Part shown: positions 37,693 to 53,000 of the stretch, piece by piece | Layout of the letters: each line of letters starts with the position of its first letter | Position numbering within the stretch: the stretch's first letter is position 1 | Assembly: GCA_016748015.1 (NCBI GenBank) | Contig: JAAOMT010000586.1 | Coordinates: forward strand, 727,483-791,482 | Source of the DNA: Geosiphon pyriformis uo1 | Taxonomy: Eukaryota > Fungi > Glomeromycota | Direction of reading: 5' to 3' | DNA length: 64,000 nucleotides | Notes under the pieces: model-generated | Databases searched by the model: none | The model's input: only the letters and a program-made list of their open reading frames with translations | What the model was told of the DNA's origin: nothing | Translations under genes and position numbers: made by a program

Positions 37693-39242
37693 TGTTATTA
37701 GTAAAATTTTAGTTAGTAATTAACATGAAATTACTTTATAATTTTTATTATTAAATTAGCATATACTATTATTATTTTAATTATTACTTATTATTTAGTT
37801 AAATTATTAAATATTACTATTTAATTAATAACTTAATTTGTATAATATACAATTTTAATAATTAGATTATGCAATATCCCAAACTCTATAACATTCAAAA
37901 ATTTGCTAAAATTTGTAGAAATTTATGGAATATTTTAATTGTTTACCAAAATGATTTATAGTTTATAAAAACAATTTATAATTTATTGAAATATATCTTT
38001 AATTTGTCGAAATTAAAGTAAAAGAAAAAGTTCAAGTTTATATATTAGTATTACAACAAATTATATAAAAGAAGAGCTTCTTTTTTTAAAAAAATATATT
38101 TTATTTTACTTAGAATTATCTTATTTTAAAATTATTTTTATTCTTATTAATAAAACAATACTCTAGAAAACAAATTTATTAATTATTTGCATTTAAGATT
38201 TTCCAAAATCCAACTAATATTTTAAAATTAATTAGTTTCCAATTTTAGTAATTTGTTAATAACTCTAAATCTAAACAGAAAACAATTCTCTTAAAACAAA
38301 TTTTTTTCTTTTATATTTTTATATTTTTTTATATTTTTTTTATTAAAAATATTAGAGTAGTTTACAGATAAGATTTCTATAGAAAAGTTAACTTTTACCA
38401 CAAAGTAATTAAACATTTTTAATAAGTTTTCAGATAAGCAATTTTTGGAAAAAAGTTGACTTTTACCACAAAATAACTATACAAATAACTGGTATAGAAC
38501 TGGTTATTTTATTTATAAGCCCAGTAATTCAAATTATAAGAGATAATTTGAAAATAAATTCAGTTATTAAAAATTTATTAGCTTCCAATAATTAGAAATT
38601 AACAGCAAAACAATATTAACAATATACAAAAAAAAAAACCAAAAACTTCCAGTAATATTTAGTGCTCTCTTACAAAAATAACACAGTAACAATTTAATCA
38701 AAGTAACAACTACATCAAATATAACAATTCTAAAGTATTATCAATCAATTTATACTTATTGCAAACAATGATTTAAAATCCAAAATAGAATTACAACCTT
38801 TAAAAAAACACTTTTTTAATACATTGAAAACTAAATTAATAATTATTTTTTTAAAAACTACAATATTACAAAAGTCAAGCAAAATATTCTTGAAAATTTC
38901 ATCCATTATTTAAATAAAAATCCAAAAAACATTAGTGCTGATAATTGTGTTATTTACTTTGAAAAACTCAATTACAACATTATTAAATTCTGTAAAAAAA
39001 TACTTTGCCAACTTACAATTTATTTTTAAACTTGAATTTGAACTTAAAACAAACAGAAAAGACAAAAAAAAAAAACTAATCAATTTATATAATACCTAAT
39101 ACACCAAAGACAATCTTTCAATATTTATAGACATTAAAACAAAAAACCAGTTTTAAACTACTATTTTCAATTATACTTTTTTTAGCTTTACTTGTTCAAG
39201 CTTAAATACCAAATTTATTACTTAACTATTTTTTGAGATCAG
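37693..39242 (+). mobile_element. family A-related Gypsy: 5' LTR (37693-38657), PBS and decayed gag 5' end, interrupted by family E
   Basis: TGTTA...CAGTAATA LTR homologous to 54122-55104; PBS TAGTGCTCTC at ~38660; downstream sequence matches the reverse complement of 62440-63010. Confidence 0.85.
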
Positions 39243-42200
39243 TATTACTTATAGAATATAGGAATCATATATTAATATATAAATTAGTCAATTAAAATAA
39301 GATGTAATAAAAAATAGAATTCCAAGATTCCTGACTAGAAAATTAAAGAATTCAAAAAATCTTATATAACAAAATTTATGTATATATAGCAGTAGTATTA
39401 GAAGCAGAAAGAACAGAATTTCCCAATTAGAATTTTTAGATTAGAATCTCCAGTTTCAATTTCTATCCATCTTTTCATACAATAATATTCTATGATTTGA
39501 AGTAGAAATATATTAATAAAATATTTATTAAAAATCACAATTCATCTTTTTACTATTTACAATTCATGTTGATAACTGTTGATACTTAACTACATTAGAC
39601 CAATAACTCTTAATCACAGCTATTAATAAGATACTAACTCTTTTTTGCCTTGGCTTATTTCTTTATTTTCTTTTATTATTTTCTTTATTTCTTTATTTCT
39701 TTTCTTGTTTTTTGTTTTATTGTAGATTTACTAATTGATTAAAAGATTAATACATGAGATACTGACATCAAGATATAACACTGATAAAAAATCCAGAAAT
39801 AAGAATGAATACTCAAAATTGAAGATAACTTACTAGAAAATTACCAAACATCAAGCTGAGAAAAAAATTGATGGAATATAGATATTCTAGGAAGTAATGA
39901 ACAACAAAGCACACCAACTTGAAGGTTAGAAAAAAACTAGAAACATTACCAAAGAATATTACTGTTATGGTTAAAACTCATAATTTTATTAGTTATCACA
40001 TGTATTAGCCACTAATGTCACATAAGTAGCCATTCTATTTTTAGATAGTGATCATTAACCTGATCAATGACCTGACCGTTGACCTGATCATTGACCTGAT
40101 CATTGATCTGATTATTGACCTAGTCGTTGACTACTTTCAACAGATATATAAGTAATGAGTCTCTTAGCTGTAGAAAATCATCTCTCAGACAAGAATCAAA
40201 TAAATAAAATAACAATTTCATCTCAATTACTCTCTTATTGCTAATTTTTCTTTCCTTACCTTTAAGTATCTGAACATCTTAGGATAAAAAATTACTTGTT
40301 AGTCTTTTCCTGTTTGAATAATTGTAGTATTTGAAGACTATTTGTATAAACGTGACTGAAAAACACAAGTTGATACTTGATATTGAATTCTAAGAGCGCC
40401 AATGTGAAAGCATAGAATTAATACCAGCAGTAATCAATTGTTGACAGTATGGACTATCCCTCTACTTTCAGATTCCCCAGTTACCTTTAAAAAGAATAGC
40501 AACTAATCTTGCACATTGAATCCATACTCATTTAATTTGCTCTTTAAAGTTGAATTCCTCTTTGATTATTTCCATCACTCTACAATTCTGTTCTCCCTTG
40601 CTATCCATTAGCTTGTTACTCCAACCTGTAACATTACTATTAAATCTTAGTTCATTATACAAAAGACTCCACCAAAATCTTCAGATCATCAAAATCTTTA
40701 GATATTACCAACTATATTAGCTATTAAGTACCAAGTTACAGATTTGTTATTTGTTTCCAAATCCCAAATAATCACTTGTAATATTTGGTGCTTTATGTGA
40801 GGTATAATTTTACAGAGAACCAGCACCAGTAACAACTATTTAAAAGTGACAGAATTAGAAATAATAGGAACAAACCATTTAGGATTTGCCAAATTTTTAT
40901 TCCAACACTATTGTTAATGTTTGAGATTAATCAGCAATCACCTATTAGCAAAATCAGTTTTTAATTTTTACATCAATGAAAAAATTTTATCATATCTAAG
41001 AGAATTAGTAGATACTGAATTCACAAAGAAAAATTTTTACAACAAATTAATTCAAAACACCAGTTTACTAGTAATTCATAATTTTGCATTAATTATCATG
41101 GAAATCAATCAAGAAATTGAAAACCACACTCAACAAAGATATCCAATTACCTATGCAAACAAAAGTAAAGAAAAACTACAAATCTCAGCAGTAATTTCTC
41201 AAAGAATACAACTATTTACTTGAAAAAAACCAAAAGTCGAGTCACCAATCTATCCATTATACTACTATACATTTAGAAGTACTATCAATATTACATCAGC
41301 AGATGTATTCACATTTAATGCAAAAATGCTAGTAGCTTGAATCTTATTCCAAAGTAAACAATCAAAAGCTGACCTACTAGAAACATATAGCAAGTATTTT
41401 GAAAAATTTAAATTATGATTATCTATGTCATTAAGATTTCAATTATCACCACATCAACCCAATTTTGGAACTGTTAATTCTTGGGAATTAACAGAATCAA
41501 AGGAAAAGAAAAATAACAATCAAGAATTTAATTATTAAAACCCAATTCCAAAAAACCCAGAAATTCAAACTCTGATTGTTTCAATTCAGCAAAATCAGAA
41601 CAATCTGAACTCTGTTATTATTAATTAACCAAATTTATCTCTAAAAATCATAATTAATCTACCACCAATTGTACTGATTGTTGCACAACCTCAGCCACAG
41701 CCACAATTTCAATAACAACCAAACCCACTACAACAACTAATCACAATACCAATGGTCTACACACCAATTGCCAAACTGAAAAAATTTACTGGCAAAGAAG
41801 ATGATACATAAGTATGGCTAAACAATATGGAAAAAGCCATTGCAGCCAATGGATGAAATAACACCAGAGCACTGCAAGCCATCTTATATTTTCTTTAGAA
41901 TACTACTAACTTGTGATATTAAAGCTTGACAAATAAACTCCAAGATTTCAATGCATTTAAACTTGAGTTCCTAAAATATTTTAGTAATAATAACAGTATT
42001 AACTGTCTAGCTAATACTTTTACCACCATTAAACAAAGAGATACTAAAGTAGTTATCACCTATTTGGAATGCTTTTATTGAACATTGCACCAAATCCAAA
42101 CAATTGATGCAGCCTATTTCACAAAACTGCAGATTCTGAACCAGTTTATTCATGATTTGCACAGTAGTATTTTATAATATGTATGCCTATTATATCTAAG

Positions 42201-43627
42201 CAATTTTCAAGCCACCATTACACATGCCAGAGACTTTAAATCAGCTAAACTTAAAACTAACCACACTCAAGCCATAAATTTAGTGATAAATGGATCATCT
42301 AAATTGGATTCCAAATTGAAGCAATTCAGTAATTCAATTAACCAGAAATTAAAAGGATATTTAGCTAACAACAATCAGACAATATATCAACTATCACAAC
42401 ATTGTAACAATCCCAGAGTCTTTAATTAGTACCAAAATCAGTTATGTCCTATGTCATTATCAAATTGTCAATTATGACAACAAAAGACACATATCTACCA
42501 CAATTGTGGAAAACAAGAACACATTAGAGTTGACTGCCATGCTAGAATTAATAATCAATGATCAGAAAATCAACATTAAAACCCTAATTGCCAATTTCAA
42601 ACTTTGAATTACTAACCAAATCAAGATCAATATCAATTTTATTATCCACAAATGACACAACAATCAGTATATGCACTTCCAATTTATCAAACTCCAGCTC
42701 CAATTATTTATCAACCACAATCATAAATAATTTATTAATCTTAATCAATTCTAATACCACCATAAACTCTAGCTCAAATACCTAGAAATTCCAGACTAAA
42801 AATCACCCACACTCAACAAAACTGGTAATTGGTAATGATAATGAATTAACCAATTCTTAGATCATTACAACAGCCATTAGGATCATGTCAGTGAAATTCA
42901 AAAAATGGGTACAACCAAAACCCATATTTCCAGAACTATTTAAGTCTCCTGATTACTCCAAAAGATGCCAAACTCAGCAAACAGGAATCCAATCAAATCT
43001 AACTACTCACCAACAACATACTTCCAGCAATCATTACTGAAAATGAATTACTTACTACCATTTTTCTTTTTAAACTAAAAAAACCAGTTGAAATGTCATT
43101 ATTCAGTAGAGCTGCCCTTAAATTAAAACTCATTACTGTAATGTATACAGATGCCAAAGTTAATGGTTAGTTTATCAAACTGATTTTAGACAGTGAATCA
43201 GCTAGTAGCATTATTATACAACAATTCATAAACCAATTAGGTCACTGAATTGATTATGTTATTAGCACCAGAATTATTATTACTGATAGAGCAATAAAAA
43301 TGCTCATTAGTAAGATTGATGATTTCCTATTTAAAGTCAACAGCATTATAGTGCTCATAAAGATTTTTATTATGCACACAGTACTAAGCATTAGTTAGAA
43401 ATAATTGGCTGTTTAAAACCAATGTCATGTTTGACTAGAATACTTAAGAATTACAACTAAACCAGAATGGTTAGTACATTTGGGTGCCAGCCACTTGTGA
43501 TCACTTTAAGACCACCATCAGCAAACAACCACTAATAGAGTTTGAGGAAAAAGAAAAAAAACCTACTTGAAAAATGTATTAAGTTTTATGGGCTAAAGAA
43601 GAATACAATAAATTACCACTAGTATCT

Positions 43628-43661
<34 letters not shown>

Positions 43662-46600
43662 AAAAAAATTCCTAAGCAATAATCTCTACTTATACATTAT
43701 ACACTACTATTATTCAACACTAGCCAAATTATTGTCAACCCAAATTAATTTGCATCAATTGTGGCAAGAAATTGTTGACAATGAGTACATATTGTAATAA
43801 CAATAAAAAATGGCCAATGATCACAAAATATTACTGTTGCTCATGCATTCTTAAATGCTTTGGATGACCAAAAAGGCAAGAAAAATAAAACAACAAATCA
43901 TGTCTTGCTTGTAGGGAAACTCTTTTAAACAAAAAAATATGGAACAACATTTCTGGTTATGAAGAGACATGCAACAAATTGTGTTAATACACAATTCTAA
44001 TCAGCAATTGGGTAAGGAAGAAAATGCTTATAGATGCTGTTTAAAAAAAAACTGTAAAATGTTTAGACAGCTGTCCACATGACAATAATAAAATATGGAA
44101 AATAACAATTACCAAAATCAAAAGCACAATTCCAAAAGAAATCAAAATAATCAAAAATAATCTACCAGAACCAGAAAAGATCAATTGGGTCCCAAATTCT
44201 GATATTATTCTTGACATAATAGATCTTAAACAATTTCATAAACACTACCAGGAATTAGCCCTCACTAAAAAAAAGCAAGAACAGTATTTAGAACAATTAA
44301 ACATCTAACTATGTGACTATTGTTTAATACTATGTAACTTTCAGTATTGTAATAATTGTGACTTTATTTACAATCTACTGCCACAAATAATCTATTCAAT
44401 CTCTAAAGAAAACAAACTAATTAGTGAGTATACAACAGAATCGGAATTGAAATTCAATTCCAATTCAAACTCTGACAACAATAATGATAATAACAGTTCC
44501 AGTTTCATTTAATATGACAATGGCAACAGCAAAAATTCAAATTCTGATTCGAACTCAGAACAATATATTGTGTTTTCTAATCTTTCAAAAGAGCAAAAAC
44601 TCAAGTAGTTCAGTGCTAATAATAAGAGTATTATGCCAGAACAAGTGTATGATACTGATGTAGAGTTTGATTTAAGATATCCAAGAAAAGATATCATCAA
44701 ATTGGAACCACATTTGTACACATGTATTGATCTAAAAGTAGCACTGGAAATTTTGGCAACAATTATAATTTAATTAATATTTAGATCTAGTTTAACAAAG
44801 AAGGAAGTCAACATTAAAGAAGGAATAATTGATGCAAGATATGTAGAAAATATTATTGCAATGCTACAAAATGATTCAAAAAAACCATATATTATTGAAC
44901 CAAATGAAAAAATAGCACAGGCAATATTTTTATCTTTGGTAAAAATAGCTTAGTTAGTGTCAGTAAGGAAAAAAGAAGAATTAGGAATTACAGCAAAAAG
45001 AAAATGTAGATTTGGATTCATAAATAAAATAGACATACCAGTTAATATGGTAGAGGAAAAAGTTATTGACAAAAAAGAAATTATCTTCACTTATCAATCA
45101 ATTTCTATTCTACTATATAATTAGTATTTAGTAGTTATAAAAAGAAAAATAAAAAATCAGCTTCAAATTTTTGAAGCAGAAACTACTATTTGTAAATCAG
45201 GAGAGATTGCTATTACCAATCTTTACATATCAGCTAAAAATAACAAACATATTAAGATTTTTATCCACAATACAATTGAAGATTCTATTGAAATACCAAA
45301 AGAAACTACTATTGAATACTTAAGCATTAAAGTTAAAGACCAACCACCAAATATTATTCCAGATTTTCCACAACTTTACAGATATGTGAATATTATATCA
45401 CAAACAATATATAGATAAAAAAAATGTTATTTGCTTTAATCAGAACAATTAAAACAAATAAACTTAGAAAACTTAAACTCACTCCAATAAATACAGCTTA
45501 AGATGTTGCTTAACAATTTCACTAATATTTTTGCCAGTGAAAATGAATTTGGCTGAACTAATATCATTCAACACTAAATTAAGACTAGAGATGCTATGTT
45601 AATTAAACAATAAGTGTACTGAGTATTACTAGCCAGCCATAAGATAATCTGACAAAAAATCAACCAAATGCTAAATAATAGATTAATTCAACTATCAATA
45701 AGTCCATGGTTATCTCCAGTAGTACTAGTCCAGAAAAAAAAGGGAAAATTTGCTTTTGTGTAAATTATAGAAAACTTAATAGTATTATACATGAAAATAA
45801 CTATCTAACTTCACAAATCCAAGAATTGTTTAATGTATTTAGAAGAAAAAAATGATTTTCCACTCTAAATTTGTATAGTGATTACTGGCAAGTATCCATG
45901 AAACCAGAAAACAAAGAGAAAACCACATTCACCACAAAAAAAAAGAATTTCAAATTTGAAGTAATGCCATTTGGTTTAATCAATACACCAGCCACTTTCT
46001 AATGGCTTATAAAAATTGTTTATATTGAACTACTATAGAAATTAGTAATTGTGTATCTATATAACACCAATGTATTTTCAAAGACATTTGATGATCATCT
46101 TTATCATCTACAGCAAGTATTCAAAAGATTAAAATAAGCAAAACTAAAGCTAAATGCCACTAAATGCTTTGTTAGCAAAACAGAACTGAAATTTTTGGAA
46201 CATGTCATAAGCAAAAACAGCATCAAAACAAATCCAGATAAGATTGAGATAGTCAAAAACTTTCTAGTACCAACAAATCTTACAGAATTAAGAACATTTT
46301 TAAAATTTGCTAGATATTATTGCCAATTTATTCAGAATTTCTCTAAATTGGCCCAATTATTCTATTAGCTCCAAATGAAAAATATAAAATATAAATAGAC
46401 TAAAGCTTAACAAGAAGCTTTCGACATTCTAAGAAAAAAGCTCATTCAAGCACTAATACTAATCTATTCAGATTATAACAAACTATTTATTATTACTACT
46501 GATACATCAGATCAAACATTAGGAGCAGTATTATCTTAGAGAAAACCAGATGAATGAGAACATCCAATAGCATATACCAGCCAAAGCTTAAGTCCAGCAG

Positions 46601-47012
46601 AAAAAAACTATGGAACACCAATATTAGAACACTTAGCTATTTATTAGGCAGTTATTAAATAGAAAAAATACTTAAACCAAAAATTTAATGTATATACTGA
46701 TCACAAAGAATTGACATCAATTTAAAAACAAAAATTTGGAAATGACTGCCATGTCAGATAGAAAATAAAACTTTCACTATTCAAATATACAGTACATTAT
46801 AAAAAAAAAAAAACAGAAATGCCAATAGTTTGTCACAAATAAGACAAATCTAAGAACATTTCAAACCCAAAAATATAACAAAAAATGAACACACAAAAAT
46901 ATTAACAACTCCAACACTATATTAATACCCAGCAGTTTAAGAAAAAATTATCTCAAAAAAAATAAAACAACATAAAACAACAATCAAAATATTTTATCAC
47001 TTACCAAAATAT
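39243..47012 (+). mobile_element. Gypsy family E: 5' LTR (~39243-40783), PBS, gag, PR, Cys-rich, dUTPase, RT, RNase H, integrase start; interrupted by family D
   Basis: PBS TGGTGCTTTATGTGAGG 40786-40802; IAKLKKFTGKEDD; IKLILDSESASSII; DVEFDLRYP...GIIDARY...IAQAIF; RNase H ends NANSLSQIRQI* at 46853; integrase ATG at 46885. Confidence 0.88.
39963..40633 (+). mobile_element. solo LTR of family D with 4-bp target site duplication TTAC, inside the family E LTR
   Basis: TGTTA...TAACA termini; TTAC at 39959-39962 and 40634-40637; homologous to the reverse complement of 47013-47676; internal 12-bp repeats (TGACCTGATCAT) at ~40050-40130. Confidence 0.9.
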
Positions 47013-50000
47013 TGTTATGGGTTGGAATAACAAGCTAATAGATAGCAAGGGAAAACAAAATTGTAGAGTAATGGAAATAATCAAAGGGAATTCAACTTCA
47101 AAGAGTGAATTAAATAAGTATGGATTCAATGTGCGAGATCAGTCTCATAAAATATCTCAGCTGCTATTCTTTTCAAAAGATAACTGGAGAATCTGAAGGT
47201 AGAGAGATAATCTGTACTGTCAACAAATGATCACACTTGGTATAATTCTATGCCTTATGTCAGTGCTCTTAGAATTCAATATCAAGTATCAGATGTGCTC
47301 TTCAGTCACATTTTATTCAATAATCTTCAAATACTATACTTATACATTTCAGAAAAAGAGTAAGAATTAACCAACAAGTAATTTTTTATCCTAAAATGTT
47401 TGGATACTTGAAGGTAGAGAAAAAAAAATTAATGATAAGAGAATAATTAAGATGAAAGTTGTTATTTTATTTATTCTTGATTATTTTGAACATGCTTTTC
47501 TATAGCTAAGAGATTCATTACTTATATAGCTGTCAAAAGTGGTCAATAATTAAATCAATAGTCAGGTCAATAATTAGATCAATAATCACTATCTAAAAAT
47601 AGTGTGGCTAATTTATATAACATCAATGGCTAATACATGTGATAATTAATAAGAAGTATAAGTTTTAACTGTAACATTATCTTCTCCAAAGAAATTGAGC
47701 TCTGGTGAAATTAAGCTATTTATGAGGTAATCTATTTGAAGAGTTTTATCTAACTCAAAGCTAACTAGTTTGTCTTTTGTGGATAAGATATATAACACTT
47801 AAGGTGAAATAAGTTTTGTATCCAAGAGATCAAATCTTTGTATTAGAGTTTTGGCTCTTTTAGCAATAGTTAAAACTCTTAAAATATCTAACTGTATAAT
47901 GTCCAAAATTTCTGTCTGTATCTCTGAAGTTGTTTTTTTCATAAGTTTTATATCCTTTATAATTTCACCAAAGTAACCATAGAGTTCTAATTGTCTTCCA
48001 TATGACAAGTTTTTGTCTATGGGTAAGATTTCTTGGAGTGTTTTTCCAATTGTGTTGGAAGATGAGAGTATAGCTGCTGTTATACTTTCCAATAGATATT
48101 TATCCATTTTACTACTAATTCTTTCTCTTCTAGTAGTAGTTTTCTTTGGTCTAATAACAGTATGTGTTCTATTGTTATCAGTTATAGTGGTTTGTTTTCC
48201 AATGGTCAGAGTAGCATTTGGATAGTTTTTAATCCAATACTCATGGAGAGTATAGAAAGCATTTTGAATGTTTTGATCCAGAAAATAATTGTTCATGTCA
48301 ATTGAAGATACATCTGTTTTGGGAATGATGCATTTATTTATATTTGATTTTTGCTGATCATTTGAGTCAGTATTACCACAATAGACAACCAATCAGGTCA
48401 TTTATGATATTTCTTGAGTCATGTATCATAAATAGGATGATCATTAAAGATTGTTTTGGATTGATCTTGAAGAATATAAGAACTATTGTTCAAAACTTTG
48501 TTGACTATAAAGGGTCTTTTCTACTGGCTAGAAAATTTATTACCATAGACATTATCTCTGTCTGAGCAGTATTCTAGTATTAAGTTACCAATACTTAAAG
48601 AAAGTGTTTTATAAGTTTTCTTTTTCTTAAGCTTTTCTTGAAACTGTTTTATCTTTTCAAAAGCAATTATTCATGCTTTTACCAAGGAGTTAAGAATGGT
48701 ACCAAGTTTTTTTTGCAAAATGTTTTTGTAATTTTCTATTGTGATCTTTTTAAAGGGTATTGTCTCAATATCAGTTTCTATTGGTAGTGTTGCCATGTGT
48801 TTATAAAGCAGATAAAAAGGTTCATAACTTATAATGTCATAATTCATAGTTCTATAAGCAAACAAAGCTGAAGGCAGTACTTTGTCCCATAAGTTTGTTT
48901 CTTTACTGGTTTTGGCTAGGATTTTACATAGTGTTCTAATAAAATGTTCTACTAGGCCATTTGTTTGAAGGTGATAAGAGAAGGAAAGTTTATGACGTAT
49001 TCCCATTTTTCTACAAAGTTTTCAACCAGTGTACTGAGAAAAGCTCTTCTTCTATCAGATAAAAGTTCTTTGGAACAGCCATGATGGCAGATGATATCTT
49101 CATAAATAAAATTGGCTATTAAAACTGCTGTTTGGTTTGAGGTGGTTCTTGCTTCTACTCATTTTGTAAGATAGTTAGTAACTATAATAATGTATTTATT
49201 GTCATTAAGAGTTATTGTTAAGGATCTAACAACATCTATATCAATTCTGTCAAATGGTTGACCAACAGAGATTGGATGAATATCTTCTTTGTGATTGGGT
49301 TTGCTTTTTTTTTGACAGATGTCACAGGTTTTGATGTATTCAGCAATGTTTTTTCCCAAGGTAGACCAATAATAGCAAGCTAAAGTTTTCTGAATTGTCT
49401 TTGTTTTTCTAAAGTGTCCAGCTAATGAGTCAGTATGCATGTTGTATATTACAATTTCTTTTTCTTCAAATTTAATGACTCTTTAAGGATGGTCAGAATT
49501 TTTTCTGTTTCTTTTGTATAATTAGTTCTGGCAGATTAAATAGAAATTTGATTGTTTTCGCAAATGTTTTCTTTGCTGTTAAGTGTATTCTGGTGGGTAT
49601 TGTCCTTTACCCAAAAATTCTATTAAGGCAGAGTAGTTGTCCAAGTCTATTATTGTATTTGTTTGTGAAGGAGTTATTAATAATTAAGTTGGTTTGGTTT
49701 GAGAGATTGTACTATTACTGGATGGTAAGTCTAAAGAGAGTGTTAGCATTTTGATGATTTGCTCCTTTGTGGTGTTGAATATCATAGTCAAATTCATCCA
49801 AGTGAAGTATCCAGTAAGTTATTTATTTGTGTTCCAGCTTCTATTTATTGCACAGCCAAACCAAGACTTGATGATCTGTTACCACTAAGAATTTTGCACT
49901 AAAAAGATATTGATCCTAGTAGCTAGTAGCCCAAACTACTGCTAGACATTCTTGTTCAGTAACTAAATAGTTTTTTTTTGCTGGTGTGAGGGATCTACTG

Positions 50001-53000
50001 ACATATGCTATGGCATGTTCTCTGCTATTTTCATTTTTTTGTAAAAGGACAGCACCAAGTCCATAGCCAGATGCATCAGTGTGGAGGATAAAAGGTTGAT
50101 CCAGATCTGATTGCTTAAGAATTGGTTCAGTAACAAGTTTTTTCTTTAGAATTTTAAAAGCTTTTTGTTAATGAGTGCCTCAGTGATAATAAACATTTTT
50201 CCTGAGTAGCTGATTGAGAGGAAAGGCAATTTTGGAGAAATTTTTGATAAATTTACAATAGTAAGAGGCCAAACCAAAGAAAGAGTGTAGTTCAGAAACA
50301 TTTATTGGTTGTCTAATGTTCTGAACTTTTTCAACTTTAGTTGGGTCAAGGAAAATTCCATCTTTTGTAATAAGATAACCAAGAAACTGGATGGATTGGC
50401 ATCCAAAAAAAGATTTGATTGGGTTGATCTTGAGACCAGCATTTCTAAGCAGGTCAAAAACCTTCTGTAAATGTTCAAGGTGTTCATCCCAGGTTTTTGA
50501 ATATACCATTATGTCGTTCAAGTAAACCAGAACAAAGTTTTCTTTTACTGATTCAAACACTTTATCTATTAAGCATTGAAAGATGGGAGGAGCATTGGTA
50601 AGACCAAAAAGCATAACTGTAAATTCATAGGTGCCATACTTGGTAATAAAAACAGTTTTCTTTCTGCTTTCTGGATCCATTTCTACTTGCCAAAATCCAG
50701 CAGTTAAATCAATGATTGAAAAGAAAGCAGCACCATTGAATTTATCTAGTATTGCATCAATTTTGGGAAGTGGATACATGTTTCTTATAGTGATGATATT
50801 TAATTGGTGGTAGTCAACACAGAAGCATAGGGTTCCACCTTTCTTGGATACCACTACAACTGGGAAAGCCCATTTACTCTTGGTTTTTTGTATGAATCCA
50901 AGATTTTTCATCTGGTTTATCTCTTTCTTGATAAACTTATCATTGTGTCGATTGGATTAATAAGGCTTCAAATAGATGGGGTGAGTTTCTTTTGTGGTGA
51001 TGGTGTGTTGTATTACATGGGTTCATTCAGAGGTATCACCTTTTTTTGAAATAACTGGATTATTTCTAGCCAACAGATTTTCAATGTCCACTTTTTTTTC
51101 TTTAGAGAAAGGTTTTTTTTGTTTTACAACTACTGATTGGATTTCAGGTGGTTCATTCTCAAAGAACTTTTGTACTTCTTTAAGTTCTTCTCAAGGTATT
51201 AAGCTAATTGGTTTCCAATCTTTGTAATAGATTAGGCAGGATTTGCATTTATTACTTGGTGAATACAAAAGTTTATTACACCAGTATTGTGCACAAGAAC
51301 CATGTTATCAATAACTGTATTTGGCTTTCTTGCCAGGTTTTTTGTCAAAAGTTTTTCTGAGAATATCATAGTAGGGCCAGCAGATCAGCTTGCCATTTAC
51401 CATGATTCCTTTTTTGTTAGCTTTAACATTGTCCAGTGGCTTGTCATTGCTGATAAAGATGATATAAACAAGTTTAGCAGTTTTTTTTTGTTTTTCTTGA
51501 TCTTTATTATCATCACTCTCATCATTATCTGATTTATCTGATTGTTTTTCTTCTTGGTTCTGTCAGGTTACTGGAGGAGTTGTCCAATAATGGCACTTAA
51601 CCACAATGAGTTTCTTATTACATTTGATGGTTAGTTCACAGAATTTATAATCAAGCAAGGCTTTTGCTTTCTTGAGCCATTTATTGCCAACTATTATGGT
51701 GTATTTTTTTGCTTCAGATACTTCCATGTCAGTTTTAATGCTGATGCTATTGATTCGAACAGAAACAGCTTTGGCAATGTCCATCTTTCTTTTTATTACC
51801 ATGTACATTGATCATTGGTTTTGTAAATGGTTCATCAATTTTTCTGCCAATTACTTCTAAAAAGTGTTTGACAATAACACTAACAGATGATCCACTGTTC
51901 AGGATTAAATCAATAAAGTAGCCAGCCACTTGGGCTTTGCAAATCAGAGGAGTGACATTGCTGTTGTTAGCAAGTCCAGCTTAACAAGAGTGCTTGTTGG
52001 TTTTTGGTGTTTTCTTCTTTGGTATTAATAATTTGTGAAGGTCTTTTCTAAATTGGAGATGGGTTATTAACTGGCCAAAAGTAATGTGAGCAGGAGTTTC
52101 TATGAGATCTTTGACAACAGAATATGGTTCAGATTTTTGTACAATTTTTGGAGATTCTAATTTTGGAGGATTTTTAAAAATCTTAGCTTTTGGTAGCTCA
52201 TTGTTATCAATAGTTGATGTGGAGGCTTTTTTTAGATCTATAACGAAATCAACTTTGGCTTTCTTCTTCTTTCTTGTTGGTTCAGAAGTGTTGATTGCTA
52301 GTTCATCCATATCATGGTCATTATCAATTAGGTTAAAAGCATAAAAAGGGTTTTTTTCTGGTTGGCTTGCACTCTCACCCTTTGGAGGTGTGCCTACTAG
52401 TTTAAAGACTAATAAACAGTGGCTTTCATTAGGAGATTTTTTCCAAAGAAATTAATGTTGGCATAATTGGGTCTTTGATTGGGAACATTATTATTGTTGG
52501 GTCTGTTGTTCTGGGTATTATTATTTTGAGGGACTGGAAAGGGCAATGAAAGATTGTTACAGTCTCTTGAAAAGTGTTCAGTTAGTTCACAGTGATAGCA
52601 CACAGGTAGGCTGTGATTTTGCTGTCTTTAATATGGTGGTTGTTAGAACTGATTGAAGCAGGGTTCAAATCTGAGTCTTTGGAATTGTTGATTTTCTCTA
52701 ACTGCTTAGGCCAAGGGTTCTAATAGCTGGGCAAAATTTACTGTAAGCCTATTTATTAACTGTTCATTTGAATCTTGAGTTTGAACAGCAAAAAAGGTAG
52801 CAGCCATTTGTAGAGCAGGAGCTATAATAAAAGCAGAAGCAAAAACTGGAAAAATAGATTCCAGATGCATCTTTTGGTTATCCTTTATTCTTTGTGCCAA
52901 TTCAATAGCCATGTCCATTGTTGGGTTGTCTTTTAAAGCCAAGAGAGGCCAAAAAGCATACGATAGATCAGTTTTTAATTCTTTTGTGAAAGAATGGATC

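Noticed and set aside
48398-48401. Apparent ATGA stop-start overlap coupling family D integrase to ORF3
   Set aside because: Reading the TGA as a decayed CGA extends the integrase into PDWLSIVVI, matching the family A tail EPIVVI. The ATG and TGA are most likely CpG-decay products, and ORF3 more plausibly starts at 48296.
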